Below are positions 50,745 through 64,000 of a stretch of DNA of 64,000 bases, in pieces. The notes under the pieces were generated by a model that saw only the letters and a program-made list of their open reading frames with translations, was not told the origin of the DNA and did no database searches. The translations under genes and the position numbers were made by a program. The DNA comes from Octopus vulgaris. Taxonomy: Eukaryota. The DNA lies in contig OX597814.1 of assembly GCA_951406725.2 (NCBI GenBank), positions 68,448,001 to 68,512,000 of the forward strand, written 5' to 3'. Within the stretch, counting starts at the first letter, position 1. The number at the start of each line of letters is the position of its first letter.

Positions 50745-51808
50745 TATATATACTCAAAATAAGCAACAAATTATTTTGATTATAATCACCCCACGGATTT
50801 TGTAGAATTTGGCTGTTATTTGGCTGTTATTTCTAGTGGGTGAATGGCCTATTATGGCCGTTCCTTGATTGTGATGTTGAACTTAACAAAAAAATTCTAC
50901 AAAATTTTTTGCCACCCTATATTGATTAATTATGAATTTTCTGGTTAATTCCGTAATGGAATCGGCGGTTTATATTTATTTGCTGCCGATAAATTTGGCG
51001 CGAGTGCGATGATTTGAAAATTTTAGGTCAGATATTGCCGAGGCAGGGACAGAAATGCCTCGTGAAAATATCTGTTCCGATCTGGCTATTTCTTACTGAC
51101 GAATCTAAGGGCCTATGGAAGATTGGCTTGATTTAATTTAATCAGGTTAGTTTACCATTAAACAGTAGATGAAACGGTGCATCGTATAAGAAATTACAGG
51201 GTAAATGTTTTTTAATTTTCTCCTGGTTTACGGAATTAATGTTATTTTGCGGTTGAAGCTTTGGCTGTTATTTCTAGTGGGTGAATGGCCTATTATGGCC
51301 GTTCCTTGATTGTGATGTTGAACTTAAAAATGGTCTATGACTATTTAATTTTTTCCCACTAGGCCGCTGGTGGCAAAAAAAATTCTACAAAATTTTTTGC
51401 CACCCTATATTGATTAATTATGAATTTTCTGGTTAATTCCGTAATGGAATCGGCGGTTTATATTTATTTGCTGCCGATAAATTTGGCGCGAGTGCGATGA
51501 TTTGAAAATTTTAGGTCAGATATTGCCGAGGCAGGGACAGAAATGCCTCGTGAAAATATCTGTTCCGATCTGGCTATTTCTTACTGACGAATCTAAGGGC
51601 CTATGGAAGATTGGCTTGATTTAATTTAATCAGGTTAGTTTACCATTAAACAGTAGATGAAACGGTGCATCGTATAAGAAATTACAGGGTAAATGTTTTT
51701 TAATTTTCTCCTGGTTTACGGAATTAATGTTATTTTGCGGTTGAAGCTTTGGCTGTTATTTCTAGTGGGTGAATGGCCTATTATGGTCGTTCCTTGATTG
51801 TGATGTTG

Positions 51809-51839
<31 letters not shown>

Positions 51840-51925
51840 TTCAGCAAAAATTTTGTAAGGTTTTATCCATAAAAATCCGTGGGATGATTATAATCAAAAT
51901 AATTTGTTGCTTATTTTGAGTATAT
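50745..51925. repeat. ~488-bp tandem duplication bracketed by ~55-bp inverted repeats
   Basis: 50887-51326 equals 51375-51809 almost exactly; ctcaaaataagcaacaaattattttgattataatca at ~50753 is inverted at ~51885-51920. Confidence 0.9.
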
Positions 51926-51958
51926 ATACATATATACATACATACATACGTACGTACA

Positions 51959-51997
<39 letters not shown>

Positions 51998-52020
51998 ACA
52001 TATATTTATATATATATATG

Positions 52021-52089
<69 letters not shown>

Positions 52090-52092
<3 letters not shown>

Positions 52093-52520
52093 AAGTAAGG
52101 GCAAAAGAAAAAATTTCTAATGCCAAAATATGCCCGAAAATCGACACTACGTCAATAACCATGTAATTTACCACAAACGCGTGTTTCAAAGAAAGCTGAC
52201 AGAAATTTCTTTAAAATTCCGTTTTACCATATCGGACCCAATTTCAGAGTTAGTTCATAAGAACCTTCTCTTCATCAGTGATAAATGCGGTAAAGAAATA
52301 AGTGAAATACTTACTCATACCCATGGAAAAAGCAAGCACTCAGCCACGAGCACAATTAAGTACCCCAAATATATCCAAAATAGAAATTCTTAAGCACACC
52401 TCGAGACACGTGCGATTCGAACCGAAAAGCTCTCGTTAAGTGAGAGAGTCCGGAAGTGAACACTATTAAATTAACATCTAATATAGGATAGAATTTTTCG
52501 AAAAAAAATTCTATCAAATT
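52090..52520 (-). mobile_element. hammerhead-bearing repeat (hammerhead at 52224-52284)
   Basis: UUAUCA CUGAUGA AGAG..GUUC UUAU GAAC..CUCU GAAA UUGG GU CCGA UA UGGUAA. Confidence 0.8.
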
Positions 52521-52948
52521 GTCTTTTCTGAGCGTTGTAATAAAATTTGCTTGTTTGTAAAGAAAGAACGTGACGTACGAATTTTTGGCCAGCGTTTATG
52601 CTTAAACCTCCTGTGACAGTCACGTGAGAAGGTTACATAATAGCTTTTCTTCATTAAATATGTCATAAAAATGTGTGATATGAACAGCAGATATTTATTA
52701 TACTGTGGTTTCTCTCTCGTTTTATGTAGGGGTAATAAAGACAGAAACTTTAACTTAAATCATGTAAAACTCTGCTGTCTCTCATCTGTTTCTCTCCTTT
52801 CAACTTTTTCCCGAAGGACTGTCCGAAACGCTAAATTTTCCTCTCCTCTCGGCAAATTCACTGTACTTTTTTATCAATTATCCTACATAATATAAGTCTT
52901 GCCGACGCAGAACAACACCAGCTGCTTGAAGTTTGATCAGACATAAGT

Positions 52949-53012
<64 letters not shown>

Positions 53013-53016
<4 letters not shown>

Positions 53017-54817
53017 GATACCATGAAATAAAGATTTACACCTAATCCCTTCTCTTCGGAGATACATTCCATATACAACTCAAAAATAACTGGAAGAGTT
53101 ACCTGGATGATTGCTTTATCGTATGGGAGGAAGACTCACAAGGCTTAAGGTATACTGAACAACTTAAGCAATAACATCCAATTTACAATGGAATTTAACC
53201 CCAAGGAAATATCCAGGAAGGCAAAGAACTTACCTTCCTAGATATTTTAATCACTAACAAGGAAGGGAAAATGGAAACGGACATATTCTATAAAGCCACC
53301 GACTACAAACAGCACCTGCTATTCACATCCTGCCATCCTAAACACACCAAACTGAATTTTTTATTTAATCTGGCAAAACGAATTTGTACAATAGTGTCAA
53401 ACCCTTCCAAGCGCGCACAAAGACTAGAAGAAGTTAAAAACATACTCATCCAAAGAGTATTCCCAAAAGACTGATTGTCACCAATGGAATAGACCAATGG
53501 AATGGACAGGGCAAAATTTATTGATATCCAGGAAATAAAGAAAATGAAAATCGAAATAAAGAAAAATATTTTACCATACGTGTCAACCTTTAATCCCAGA
53601 AACACTGAAATATTTAATTTCATCCACAAAAACCTCCCCATTCTACTTGAAGATGAAAAAATGAAAAATATTCTGGAAGCATACCAAATTATTAAATGTA
53701 AAAGGCAGCCCAAAACGCTTAAATAAATCCTCACTGGAACAAAAACACATAAGCAAATCCCTAACCCAACTGTGACAAAATGCTGAAGAACAAGTTGTAG
53801 CATCTGCTTATACCTAACAGAAGGAGCAAATTTAAAATTTAAAAATGGACAAAATTTTAAATTAAAAGTAAACTTCATCCCTAACTCGGAAAACCTAATT
53901 TACACAATAACATGAGGTGGATGCCAATAAAACTACATAGGACAGACGGGCGTTTCATTACGCGGAAGAATTAGACCCGAGACGAGAGCACAAGTAAGGT
54001 TTTGGTAAGTAGTCACATTGCAAACTGTACGGGAATGGCCTTAGTCAGATTTAAAATCTTCCCGCTCCTCAAATGCTCGGACTCTTTTAACCAGCAACAG
54101 AGAATAAACAAAGAAAAACAATTCATCGACTAATATAAACCACAACTAAATCTCGAAACAACCACCATTGATCAATAAATAAGGACAGGTTACGCACACA
54201 AAGTACCCCCATAAAACGAAAAGCACACAGCATAAACCTGCACACAACAAATTCCAGAACATGTTTCCAAAAAACAAAAATCCAAAACACATGCATATGC
54301 ACACGCACACACCACTAAAAATACACTCATACATACACACACACATACACACAGCTCAAACAACACACACTACAAAAAAGAAAAACGCACACACCAAACC
54401 CATTAACAAATTAAAAAGCACAGCTAAATACCTGTACACCCACTATCAATCAACAAATAAGGTTCTGCTACACACACACACACATACACACACACCACGA
54501 TAACATACACATATACACACCCACCACAATATTTCCAAAAGAGAAAAACATAGACAAACACACACACACACACACACAAATCCACTCACACAGACAAAGC
54601 AACACACACATACAGCTGGCGAGAACTACTGACCACGTCTTCACAATAGAAAAAAAGATAAAAAGGAAAATAATTTGACAATATATATCAAACTCATATA
54701 CACTAAAACAAATGGCAAATAATCCCACCCTAATTCTCTAAATAACCAACCATAAAAAGGACTTGACCAATTGAAACAGAAAATAAAAAAAATGTTTCTG
54801 ACAATATATTCCAAACA

Positions 54818-54852
<35 letters not shown>

Positions 54853-55420
54853 ACGCACGCACGCATGCACGTACGCACACACACACACACACACACACAG
54901 CTAGCCATACCATGCATAAGGAGCTTCCTTTTCAATTCAAATGATTTCTTTTCAATAAAATTCCTGAAACTTGAAATCTTGAAACCCACACCAAACCTAC
55001 ATAGTCAAAACATATATAAGAGAATGACGCTAAATCAAAATATCACGAGGAACTAAAATATGGGTGCAAACAGCTAACCCCCAATTTGTTTCTCTTTGAC
55101 TTGCAAATAAATTCTTATTATTATTTGGTTAGATGGATCCACAGGAACCGGTGATACTTTAAATCACTCACTGTAACAAAAATATTAAACATTCTCTAAA
55201 ATATACTTTTGTGCTTTTTCCAACGTTATTAACTTTTGACCATAATGTTTTATCTGTATGAACACTTAACCCCTTTTCAGCTAAACCCACTGTTTATTTT
55301 CTTTTATTACTTTCTGTTGAAGAGCATAGGCGCTAAACGTAAAAGGCTTTTTAACTTTCCCGAGCGTCAAACTAATACACCTTCTTGTTGTTCATACACT
55401 GATCTTCTTTTTTTTCTGTT
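53013..55420 (+). mobile_element. 5'-truncated Penelope-like element: RT C-terminus, GIY-YIG, long 3' region, terminal repeat with decayed hammerhead (55310-55345)
   Basis: WKSYLDDCFIVW, IQFTME, LPFLDILI, TDIFYKATD..CHPKHTK, NLIYTIT*GGCQ*NYIGQTG; multiple stops. Confidence 0.9.
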
Positions 55421-55422
55421 GG

Positions 55423-55561
<139 letters not shown>

Positions 55562-55818
55562 GTATATATATATATATATATATTATCTGTAAATATAATA
55601 TGTGACAATTATTCGGTAGCATGATAGAACTCCGAGTTTTGGATGTCGGGGCGGAAACCCACGCCGTTATCGGACCATCAACATTTTTTTTCTTATGAAC
55701 TTACCTATATATAGATTTACATGTGTGTGTGTGTATTCTTGTATTTGTTTCAGTCATTTGACTGCGGCCATGCAGGAGCACCGCCCTCAGTCGAACAAAT
55801 CGACGCTATGCTAAGTAC

Positions 55819-55950
55819 TAGACTTACAAAGAATAAGGGACTTATTCTATCGGTTACTTTTGATAACTGATGTTGGTGTGTTTACGTCAGTGGGAGCTAG
55901 CGGTTCGGCAAAAGTAACCGATAGAATAAGTCCCTTATTCTTTGTAAGTC

Positions 55951-55952
<2 letters not shown>
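55819..55952. repeat. perfect 44-bp inverted repeat built from SINE sequence (second copy ~58834-58967)
   Basis: tagacttacaaagaataagggacttattctatcggttacttttg vs caaaagtaaccgatagaataagtcccttattctttgtaagtcta. Confidence 0.9.
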
Positions 55953-55989
<37 letters not shown>

Positions 55990-56163
55990 ATGTGTGTGTT
56001 TATACAGAGAGAGAGAGTGTGTGTGTGAGAGGCCTAGGTGTGGCTGAGTGGTTAGAAGTTTGCTTCCCAACGACATAGTTCTAGTTCAGTTCCATTGCGT
56101 GGGACCTTGTGTAATTGCTTTACGCCGATCAAAGCATTGCAGAAAATGAAAAGAAGCCGGTCG

Positions 56164-56195
<32 letters not shown>

Positions 56196-56385
56196 CGACC
56201 GGCTTCTTTTCATTTTCTGTCAACCTAATCCATTCGCAATGCTTTGATCGGCGTAAAGCATTTACACAAGGTCCCACGCAATGGAACTGAACTCGAAACT
56301 ATGTCGTTGGGAAGCAAACTTCTAACCACTCAGCCACACCTAGGCCTCTCACACACACACTCTCTCTCTCTCTCTCTGTATAAAC

Positions 56386-56450
<65 letters not shown>
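55953..56450. repeat. ~500-bp palindrome of a family-A SINE 5' half centred on (TA)n (second copy ~58968-59470)
   Basis: gaaaagaagccggtcg(ta)n cgaccggcttcttttc; arms extend through the SINE head and flanking microsatellites. Confidence 0.9.
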
Positions 56451-56455
<5 letters not shown>

Positions 56456-57831
56456 AGAAAAATTGAGGTAATCAGATCAGATGGTTCATATTTGTAGATA
56501 TTTATTTATATATTACATTTTTTACATATATATCATATCATTCGGATTAGCGCTTGCTCCCATTCTAGTGGGTTTTCAAAATATATATATATATATATGT
56601 ATAGATATATATATGTATACATATGTGTGTGTGTGTACGTATGCATAAATATATATGTACACATACCCAAGCACATGCATAAAAGCATATTTAGTTCTCG
56701 CTCTCTCACATACTCAGACACAAACACATCTAAAAGTGAAAATATTAAACATACTAACAAAATGTGAAACAAGTTGAAGTCACTCAGAAACATAGATTCA
56801 TGTAGTACGAGAATATTTCCTGCAGGTTCCTGAAGGAGCAAATTTAAAATTTAAAAATGGACAAAATTTTAAATTAAAAGTAAACTTCATCCCTAACTCG
56901 GAAAACCTAATTTACACAATAACATGAGGTGGATGCCAATAAAACTACATAGGACAGACGGGCGTTTCATTACGCGGAAGAATTAGACCCGAGACGAGAG
57001 CACAAGTAAGGTTTTGGTAAGTAGTCACATTGCAAACTGTACGGGAATGGCCTTAGTCAGATTTAAAATCTTCCCGCTCCTCAAATGCTCGGACTCTTTT
57101 AACCAGCAACAGAGAATAAACAAAGAAAAACAATTCATCGACTAATATAAACCACAACTAAATCTCGAAACAACCACCATTGATCAATAAATAAGGACAG
57201 GTTACGCACACAAAGTACCCCCATAAAACGAAAAGCACACAGCATAAACCTGCACACAACAAATTCCAGAACATGTTTCCAAAAAACAAAAATCCAAAAC
57301 ACATGCATATGCACACGCACACACCACTAAAAATACACTCATACATACACACACACATACACACAGCTCAAACAACACACACTACAAAAAAGAAAAACGC
57401 ACACACCAAACCCATTAACAAATTAAAAAGCACAGCTAAATACCTGTACACCCACTATCAATCAACAAATAAGGTTCTGCTACACACACACACACATACA
57501 CACACACCACGATAACATACACATATACACACCCACCACAATATTTCCAAAAGAGAAAAACATAGACAAACACACACACACACACACACACAAATCCACT
57601 CACACAGACAAAGCAACACACACATACAGCTGGCGAGAACTACTGACCACGTCTTCACAATAGAAAAAAAGATAAAAAGGAAAATAATTTGACAATATAT
57701 ATCAAACTCATATACACTAAAACAAATGGCAAATAATCCCACCCTAATTCTCTAAATAACCAACCATAAAAAGGACTTGACCAATTGAAACAGAAAATAA
57801 AAAAAATGTTTCTGACAATATATTCCAAACA

Positions 57832-57864
<33 letters not shown>

Positions 57865-57884
57865 ACGCACGCACGCATGCACGT

Positions 57885-57915
<31 letters not shown>

Positions 57916-58438
57916 GCTAGCCATACCATGCATAAGGAGCTTCCTTTTCAATTCAAATGATTTCTTTTCAATAAAATTCCTGAAACTTGAAATCTTGAAA
58001 CCCACACCAAACCTACATAGTCAAAACATATATAAGAGAATGACGCTAAATCAAAATATCACGAGGAACTAAAATATGGGTGCAAACAGCTAACCCCCAA
58101 TTTGTTTCTCTTTGACTTGCAAATAAATTCTTATTATTATTTGGTTAGATGGATCCACAGGAACCGGTGATACTTTAAATCACTCACTGTAACAAAAATA
58201 TTAAACATTCTCTAAAATATACTTTTGTGCTTTTTCCAACGTTATTAACTTTTGACCATAATGTTTTATCTGTATGAACACTTAACCCCTTTTCAGCTAA
58301 ACCCACTGTTTATTTTCTTTTATTACTTTCTGTTGAAGAGCATAGGCGCTAAACGTAAAAGGCTTTTTAACTTTCCCGAGCGTCAAACTAATACACCTTC
58401 TTGTTGTTCATACACTGATCTTCTTTTTTTTCTGTTGG

Positions 58439-58571
<133 letters not shown>

Positions 58572-58962
58572 ATGTATATATATATATATATATATATATT
58601 ATCTGTAAATATAATATGTGACAATTATTCGGTAGCATGATAGAACTCCGAGTTTTGGATGTCGGGGCGGAAACCCACGCCGTTATCGGACCATCAACAT
58701 TTTTTTCTTATGAACTTACCTATATATAGATTTACATGTGTGTGTGTGTATTCTTGTATTTGTTTCAGTCATTTGACTGCGGCCATGCAGGAGCACCGCC
58801 CTCAGTCGAACAAATCGACGCTATGCTAAGTACTAGACTTACAAAGAATAAGGGACTTATTCTATCGGTTACTTTTGATAACTGATGTTGGTGTGTTTAC
58901 GTCAGTGGGAGCTAGCGGTTCGGCAAAAGTAACCGATAGAATAAGTCCCTTATTCTTTGTAA

Positions 58963-59008
<46 letters not shown>

Positions 59009-59182
59009 ATGTGTGTGTTTATACAGAGAGAGAGAGTGTGTGTGTGAGAGGCCTAGGTGTGGCTGAGTGGTTAGAAGTTTGCTTCCCAACGACATAGTTC
59101 TAGTTCAGTTCCATTGCGTGGGACCTTGTGTAATTGCTTTACGCCGATCAAAGCATTGCAGAAAATGAAAAGAAGCCGGTCG

Positions 59183-59214
<32 letters not shown>

Positions 59215-59402
59215 CGACCGGCTTCTTTTCATTTTCTGTCAACCTAATCCATTCGCAATGCTTTGATCGGCGTAAAGCATTTACACAAGGTCCCACGCAA
59301 TGGAACTGAACTCGAAACTATGTCGTTGGGAAGCAAACTTCTAACCACTCAGCCACACCTAGGCCTCTCACACACACACTCTCTCTCTCTCTCTGTATAA
59401 AC

Positions 59403-59479
<77 letters not shown>

Positions 59480-60047
59480 ATTGAGGTAATCAGATCAGAT
59501 GGTTCATATTTGTAGATATTTATTTATATATTACATTTTTTACATATATATCATATCATTCGGATTAGCGCTTGCTCCCATTCTAGTGGGTTTTCAAAAT
59601 ATATATATATATATATGTATAGATATATATATGTATACATATGTGTGTGTGTGTACGTATGCATAAATATATATGTACACATACCCAAGCACATGCATAA
59701 AAGCATATTTAGTTCTCGCTCTCTCACATACTCAGACACAAACACATCTAAAAGTGAAAATATTAAACATACTAACAAAATGTGAAACAAGTTGAAGTCA
59801 CTCAGAAACATAGATTCATGTAGTACGAGAATATTTCCTGCATAAAGAATGATGTTGTAACATTAACATCTTAATTAGGTAGTAATAACATTTTTCAATT
59901 TAAGCATTTTTTAAACATGTGTATACAATTTACATGATTTTAAGTTCTACAGGATAACTGTTCCAACAAGCATGAGATAGACCGAAGAAGAAATAAACTA
60001 TCAGACGACAATTGATCAATAAATACGCATGTAGATAGGCAGATTTA

Positions 60048-60086
<39 letters not shown>

Positions 60087-60670
60087 TATATATTTATATG
60101 CGTATATATATGTGTGTGTGTGTGTGTATGCATGTATGCATACACACCCACACATATGCATATAAACATATATATATAATACACACAAACTCACACAAGA
60201 TATATACATACATGTGCACGCGTATTAACACAAACACACACGCACGTATATGTATACATATACGTCTATACAGATATAGATATTTACAAACATACCCATA
60301 TAGATATATATTGAATTGAAGCTATACTTATATAGATTTTGAAGTCGCGCTGTTTCTGAAGATATAAGGAATATTGAGCAGATATTTAATTCTGCTACTA
60401 GCAGCTGCATGAACGTTCATACTCTTCTCTCCGCTCACGTGGTAATTATCATACTAGCACCATGCCTGTGTTTAGATTCTTTCTTTATTTGTATTTTTAT
60501 TGCCGCCCTTTTCGTAATTAATTCAAAATACATTCGGAGCTTTTACTTTCGTTACGCTGAATTATGATTCTTAAGAATAGTCGCATACAAGCTAGATAAT
60601 AACAGAAAATTATTATTATTATTATCATTATTATTATTATTATTATTATTATATATGTGTGTGTGTATGT

Positions 60671-60712
<42 letters not shown>

Positions 60713-61369
60713 ATGTTTGTATGTATGTGTGTGTGTATGTGTGTGAATGTGTATGTATGTATATGTATGCATAAATATAAAGAAAGAGATAATGAGAAAA
60801 TGAAATAAGTACGGAAACAGTAAATGCGTATTTCCCAGTTAGTAATTGTTGTTCTAATCAGCTGTAAATATTCCGGTCCCGATTCGTAAATTTGGATTTG
60901 TAAATATAGTTCGTCAATATTTTCCACACCGAGAAACTTGCTTAAGGAATATAAACAGCAGTTTTAATATTTAGAAGAACAGCAACACCAACAACATCAA
61001 TAGAAAAAAAACGTAACGGAAAGAAGGGAAATATTACATGTTGAAATATCAATATACATTCGTACTAACACAGTCACACGAAAATTTAGATTATAAACCT
61101 CGGCTCGCGCGCATGTGTGTGTGTGTGTGAGCGAGTAAGTATGCGTTGGTACGTATTTTTTCCCACTTATGCGGTGTTTGTTACCATGAAGACGGATCTT
61201 AGAAAATCTCAACGAAATTTACATATACTTGGCTTTATGAAAACAAATGTGAAATCATAGAACGTAATATATACATATATTTTATTTTTGCACCTGAACT
61301 TATTACCAACATTAAGGTGAGTAAATTTAACACTTAATTTTTATATAATTACTATTGTTTATATGTGTT

Positions 61370-61930
61370 TTTGTTCAAATCCCACCGAAGTCAACTTTCA
61401 TCCTTCCGACACAGATGAAATAAGTGTCAGCCACGTATTGCGAGTCTTAGTGTCAACTAAGTCCCTCCCCTCAAAATACCTTATACCTGAATTAGAAACA
61501 ATTTTAGAAAGAAGGGAATTGGCACAATAAAGCGTCAAGCAATTTGTTCCGCTATTTTGCCCGGTTCTGTATATTCTGAGTTCAAATTCCGATTTGTTCA
61601 CCTTTGGCTTTCGGTTTCCCCAATCGGATAAAATAAAGTACTTGTGAAGTACTACGGTCGATATAATCAATTCACTCCCACAAAATGTCTGGCCTTGTAC
61701 CTTTATTAGAAACAATTATAATTAAAACAGATGGATTATCAGAATCGTTTAAGCGCCTGACAAAATGTTTTGCAGTGTTAAGACTTTGCGATTTGAGTTC
61801 AAATCCCGTCGTAATTAACTTTGTCATTCTTTCGAACTCGATACAATAAAGTAGCAATCTACAAGGGTAGATTTAATTGACAAGCCTTTTACCCCAAAGT
61901 TTTCTTCTGCCTACGGTAGAAACAAATACC
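61370..61930 (+). mobile_element. three decayed family-B SINEs in tandem
   Basis: Repeated gttcaaat.cc..ctttcatcc..gata.aata.agt motifs. Confidence 0.65.
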
Positions 61931-63644
61931 GGCTGTCTATATATTTGGAGTTTAAATATTTTCGAATATTCTTTGTTTCAAACATCTTTCCAGTGTTAAT
62001 AAAATAAACAGCAGTACAATCTTAGGAATTATTAGAGTGGCAGTGTTCTTAGAGCATCAATCCCCGATGAGGTTACGTTAGTTTTGTATACTTTTAGGAC
62101 AAAATAAGGTGCTGGATTCGCTATAATAAACCAAAATATGTGTTATTGTATATAACTTGCATATTGATAATATCTTTTTCTTACCCTATCTCTCTTTCTT
62201 CTTCTCTTTCTCTGTACCCAGATATATATAGGCATGTGCGCGCGCGTGTGTGAGCATGTGTGTGTAATTATTTATCTCTAATTTCTCAGTTTCTTAATTT
62301 TCTAGCCATACTAAGTTCCACTAAATAACTATAATTTTACTTTATATTATATTTCTCAAATGGATTAATCCCTGTTTGTAAATTTGAATATACCATCATT
62401 CTCCTATACTTATCTATTTTACGGGAAAAACTTTTTAAAAATATTTTCTATCATATTGGTGTCTATGTCTGTGCATTTTTAGTAGCTTTTGTTTACTATG
62501 TACGATAGTTGGGACATGAAAACTATGTAGCTGATTTTAAATATTATGGAATACAAATAGAAACCAATCTCCGAGTTTGGATTCGTCATTGCATTCTTAT
62601 CAATTTGTACTTCTATTCGAAGTACAGGAACGATATGCTTACAGGCGCTTCAATATGTCCTGAACTACGTTTTGGAAACATCCTGCAACATTTGTATAGT
62701 AGTAATCTAGATTTCCAAACATAAAACTCTTACTCACATAGAATGCGATGTGAACTCAAGAAAAGTTCGAGAGCTAGACTTAAAAATACAAGTACTTAAC
62801 TTTCTATTTTCCATTCAGAAGCACGTTTTATTAGGTATTATTATAGTTGATGGCTGCATAGTTAGCAACTTACCTTCAGAATCATGATGTCTTGGTTTCA
62901 GTTCTGATGCGAATCATCTTGGGCAAGTTTCATTCTCTATAGTGTCGGATCGCCTCACAGCTGTGAGGGTAGGCAGTAAATGCATGCACTGCCGGACAGA
63001 TTGTAGATGTAACTCTAAAGTACAGCCTTTTCATGCTAATTCTGTCTGAGAATTACATAGAGGATACATGTGTCAATAAAATGCTCAACCATTTACTGGC
63101 TACTTCAATGAGTTTGGTATTTAAATTCATCGAGCAACTGAACACCCATGGGGAAAAGTACGGGTCAAAACCCTATTTTTTCAATTTAAGGATTTTATTT
63201 TATTTTTGCACTCATTTCTTGTCATAACCAATGATTAGTGGTAATGGATCGGTGAGATCGTGATGTGAGCGTATCTTTCTTGGCTCTTCACGAAGCCTAT
63301 ACAATTACAAAATAGAGAAATACACCGAGTACATGACTGGTATTTTATCAACCGATTTTCAAGGATTGGTAGGCAAAGTTAGCCTCGGCAGGATTTCAAC
63401 TCAGAGTGCAGAAGGCCACATATAAATATCACAAATCATTATATGCCATGCTCTCATTTTATGATTATATTCTTGAAGTTGGCATTTAGCTTATTTAGAT
63501 CTTGGTATACAAATGATGCTATCTTTTTTGCATTGGTGAACCACCTAAACACCAAAACCTGGTCCTTGCAGTGAATCGATCCATATTTTGCGCCTCTAAG
63601 CTCACAATAAAAGTACAAATAAGTAAACCTCTACACACTTTATA

Positions 63645-63990
63645 GATCGACCCCAGTGCATAACTGGTACATAATTTATTGGCCCCGAAAGGATGAAGGG
63701 CAAAGTCGACCTCAGTCGAATTTGAACTCAGAACGTAAAGACAGACGAAATAGCGCTAAGCATTTCGCCCGGCGTGCTAACGTTTCTTATTTCTTTACTG
63801 CCCACAAGGGGCTACACGCAGAGGGGACAAACAAGGACAAACGGATTAAGTCGATTATGTCGACCCTAGTGCGTAACTGGTACTTACTTAATCGAGCCCA
63901 AAAGGATGAAAAGCAAAGTCGACCTCGGCGGAATTTGAACTCAAAACGCATTTCGCCCGGTGTGCTAACGATTCTGCCAGCTCGCCGCCT
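63645..63990 (-). mobile_element. family-B SINE with internal duplication
   Basis: Minus strand aaggcggcgagctggcagaatcgttagcacaccgggcgaaatgc; core repeated twice. Confidence 0.85.
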
Positions 63991-64000
63991 TCTTAGGGTT

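Noticed and set aside
63992-64000. Telomeric TTAGGG
   Set aside because: A single unit at the window edge, expected by chance.

Overview
AT-rich, microsatellite-dense eukaryotic intergenic or intronic DNA. The SINE families resemble those of coleoid cephalopods (Octopus); this assignment is inference. I can support no host protein-coding exon, and nearly all ORF-track entries are microsatellite or transposon artefacts. The window is a transposon graveyard: a DD37D (maT-like) and a DD34D mariner relic, at least five R4/Dong-like RLE non-LTR retrotransposon pieces (one young copy embedded in (TAA)n), two Tx1/L1-like relics, several Penelope-like element (PLE) relics, Helitron-like ends, many tRNA-derived SINEs, and a near-identical 3.0-kb tandem duplication. 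The most notable signal is a dispersed set of about a dozen minimal type I hammerhead ribozyme motifs, found by eye, from several unrelated short repeat families. Most have a palindromic stem III and many sit in fold-back inverted repeats. The catalytic 3-8 pair appears as canonical C3-G8, as U3-A8 and once as G3-C8, and one family fuses a tRNA-like head to a hammerhead. Folds were derived by hand, none is experimentally tested, and boundaries of decayed elements are approximate.
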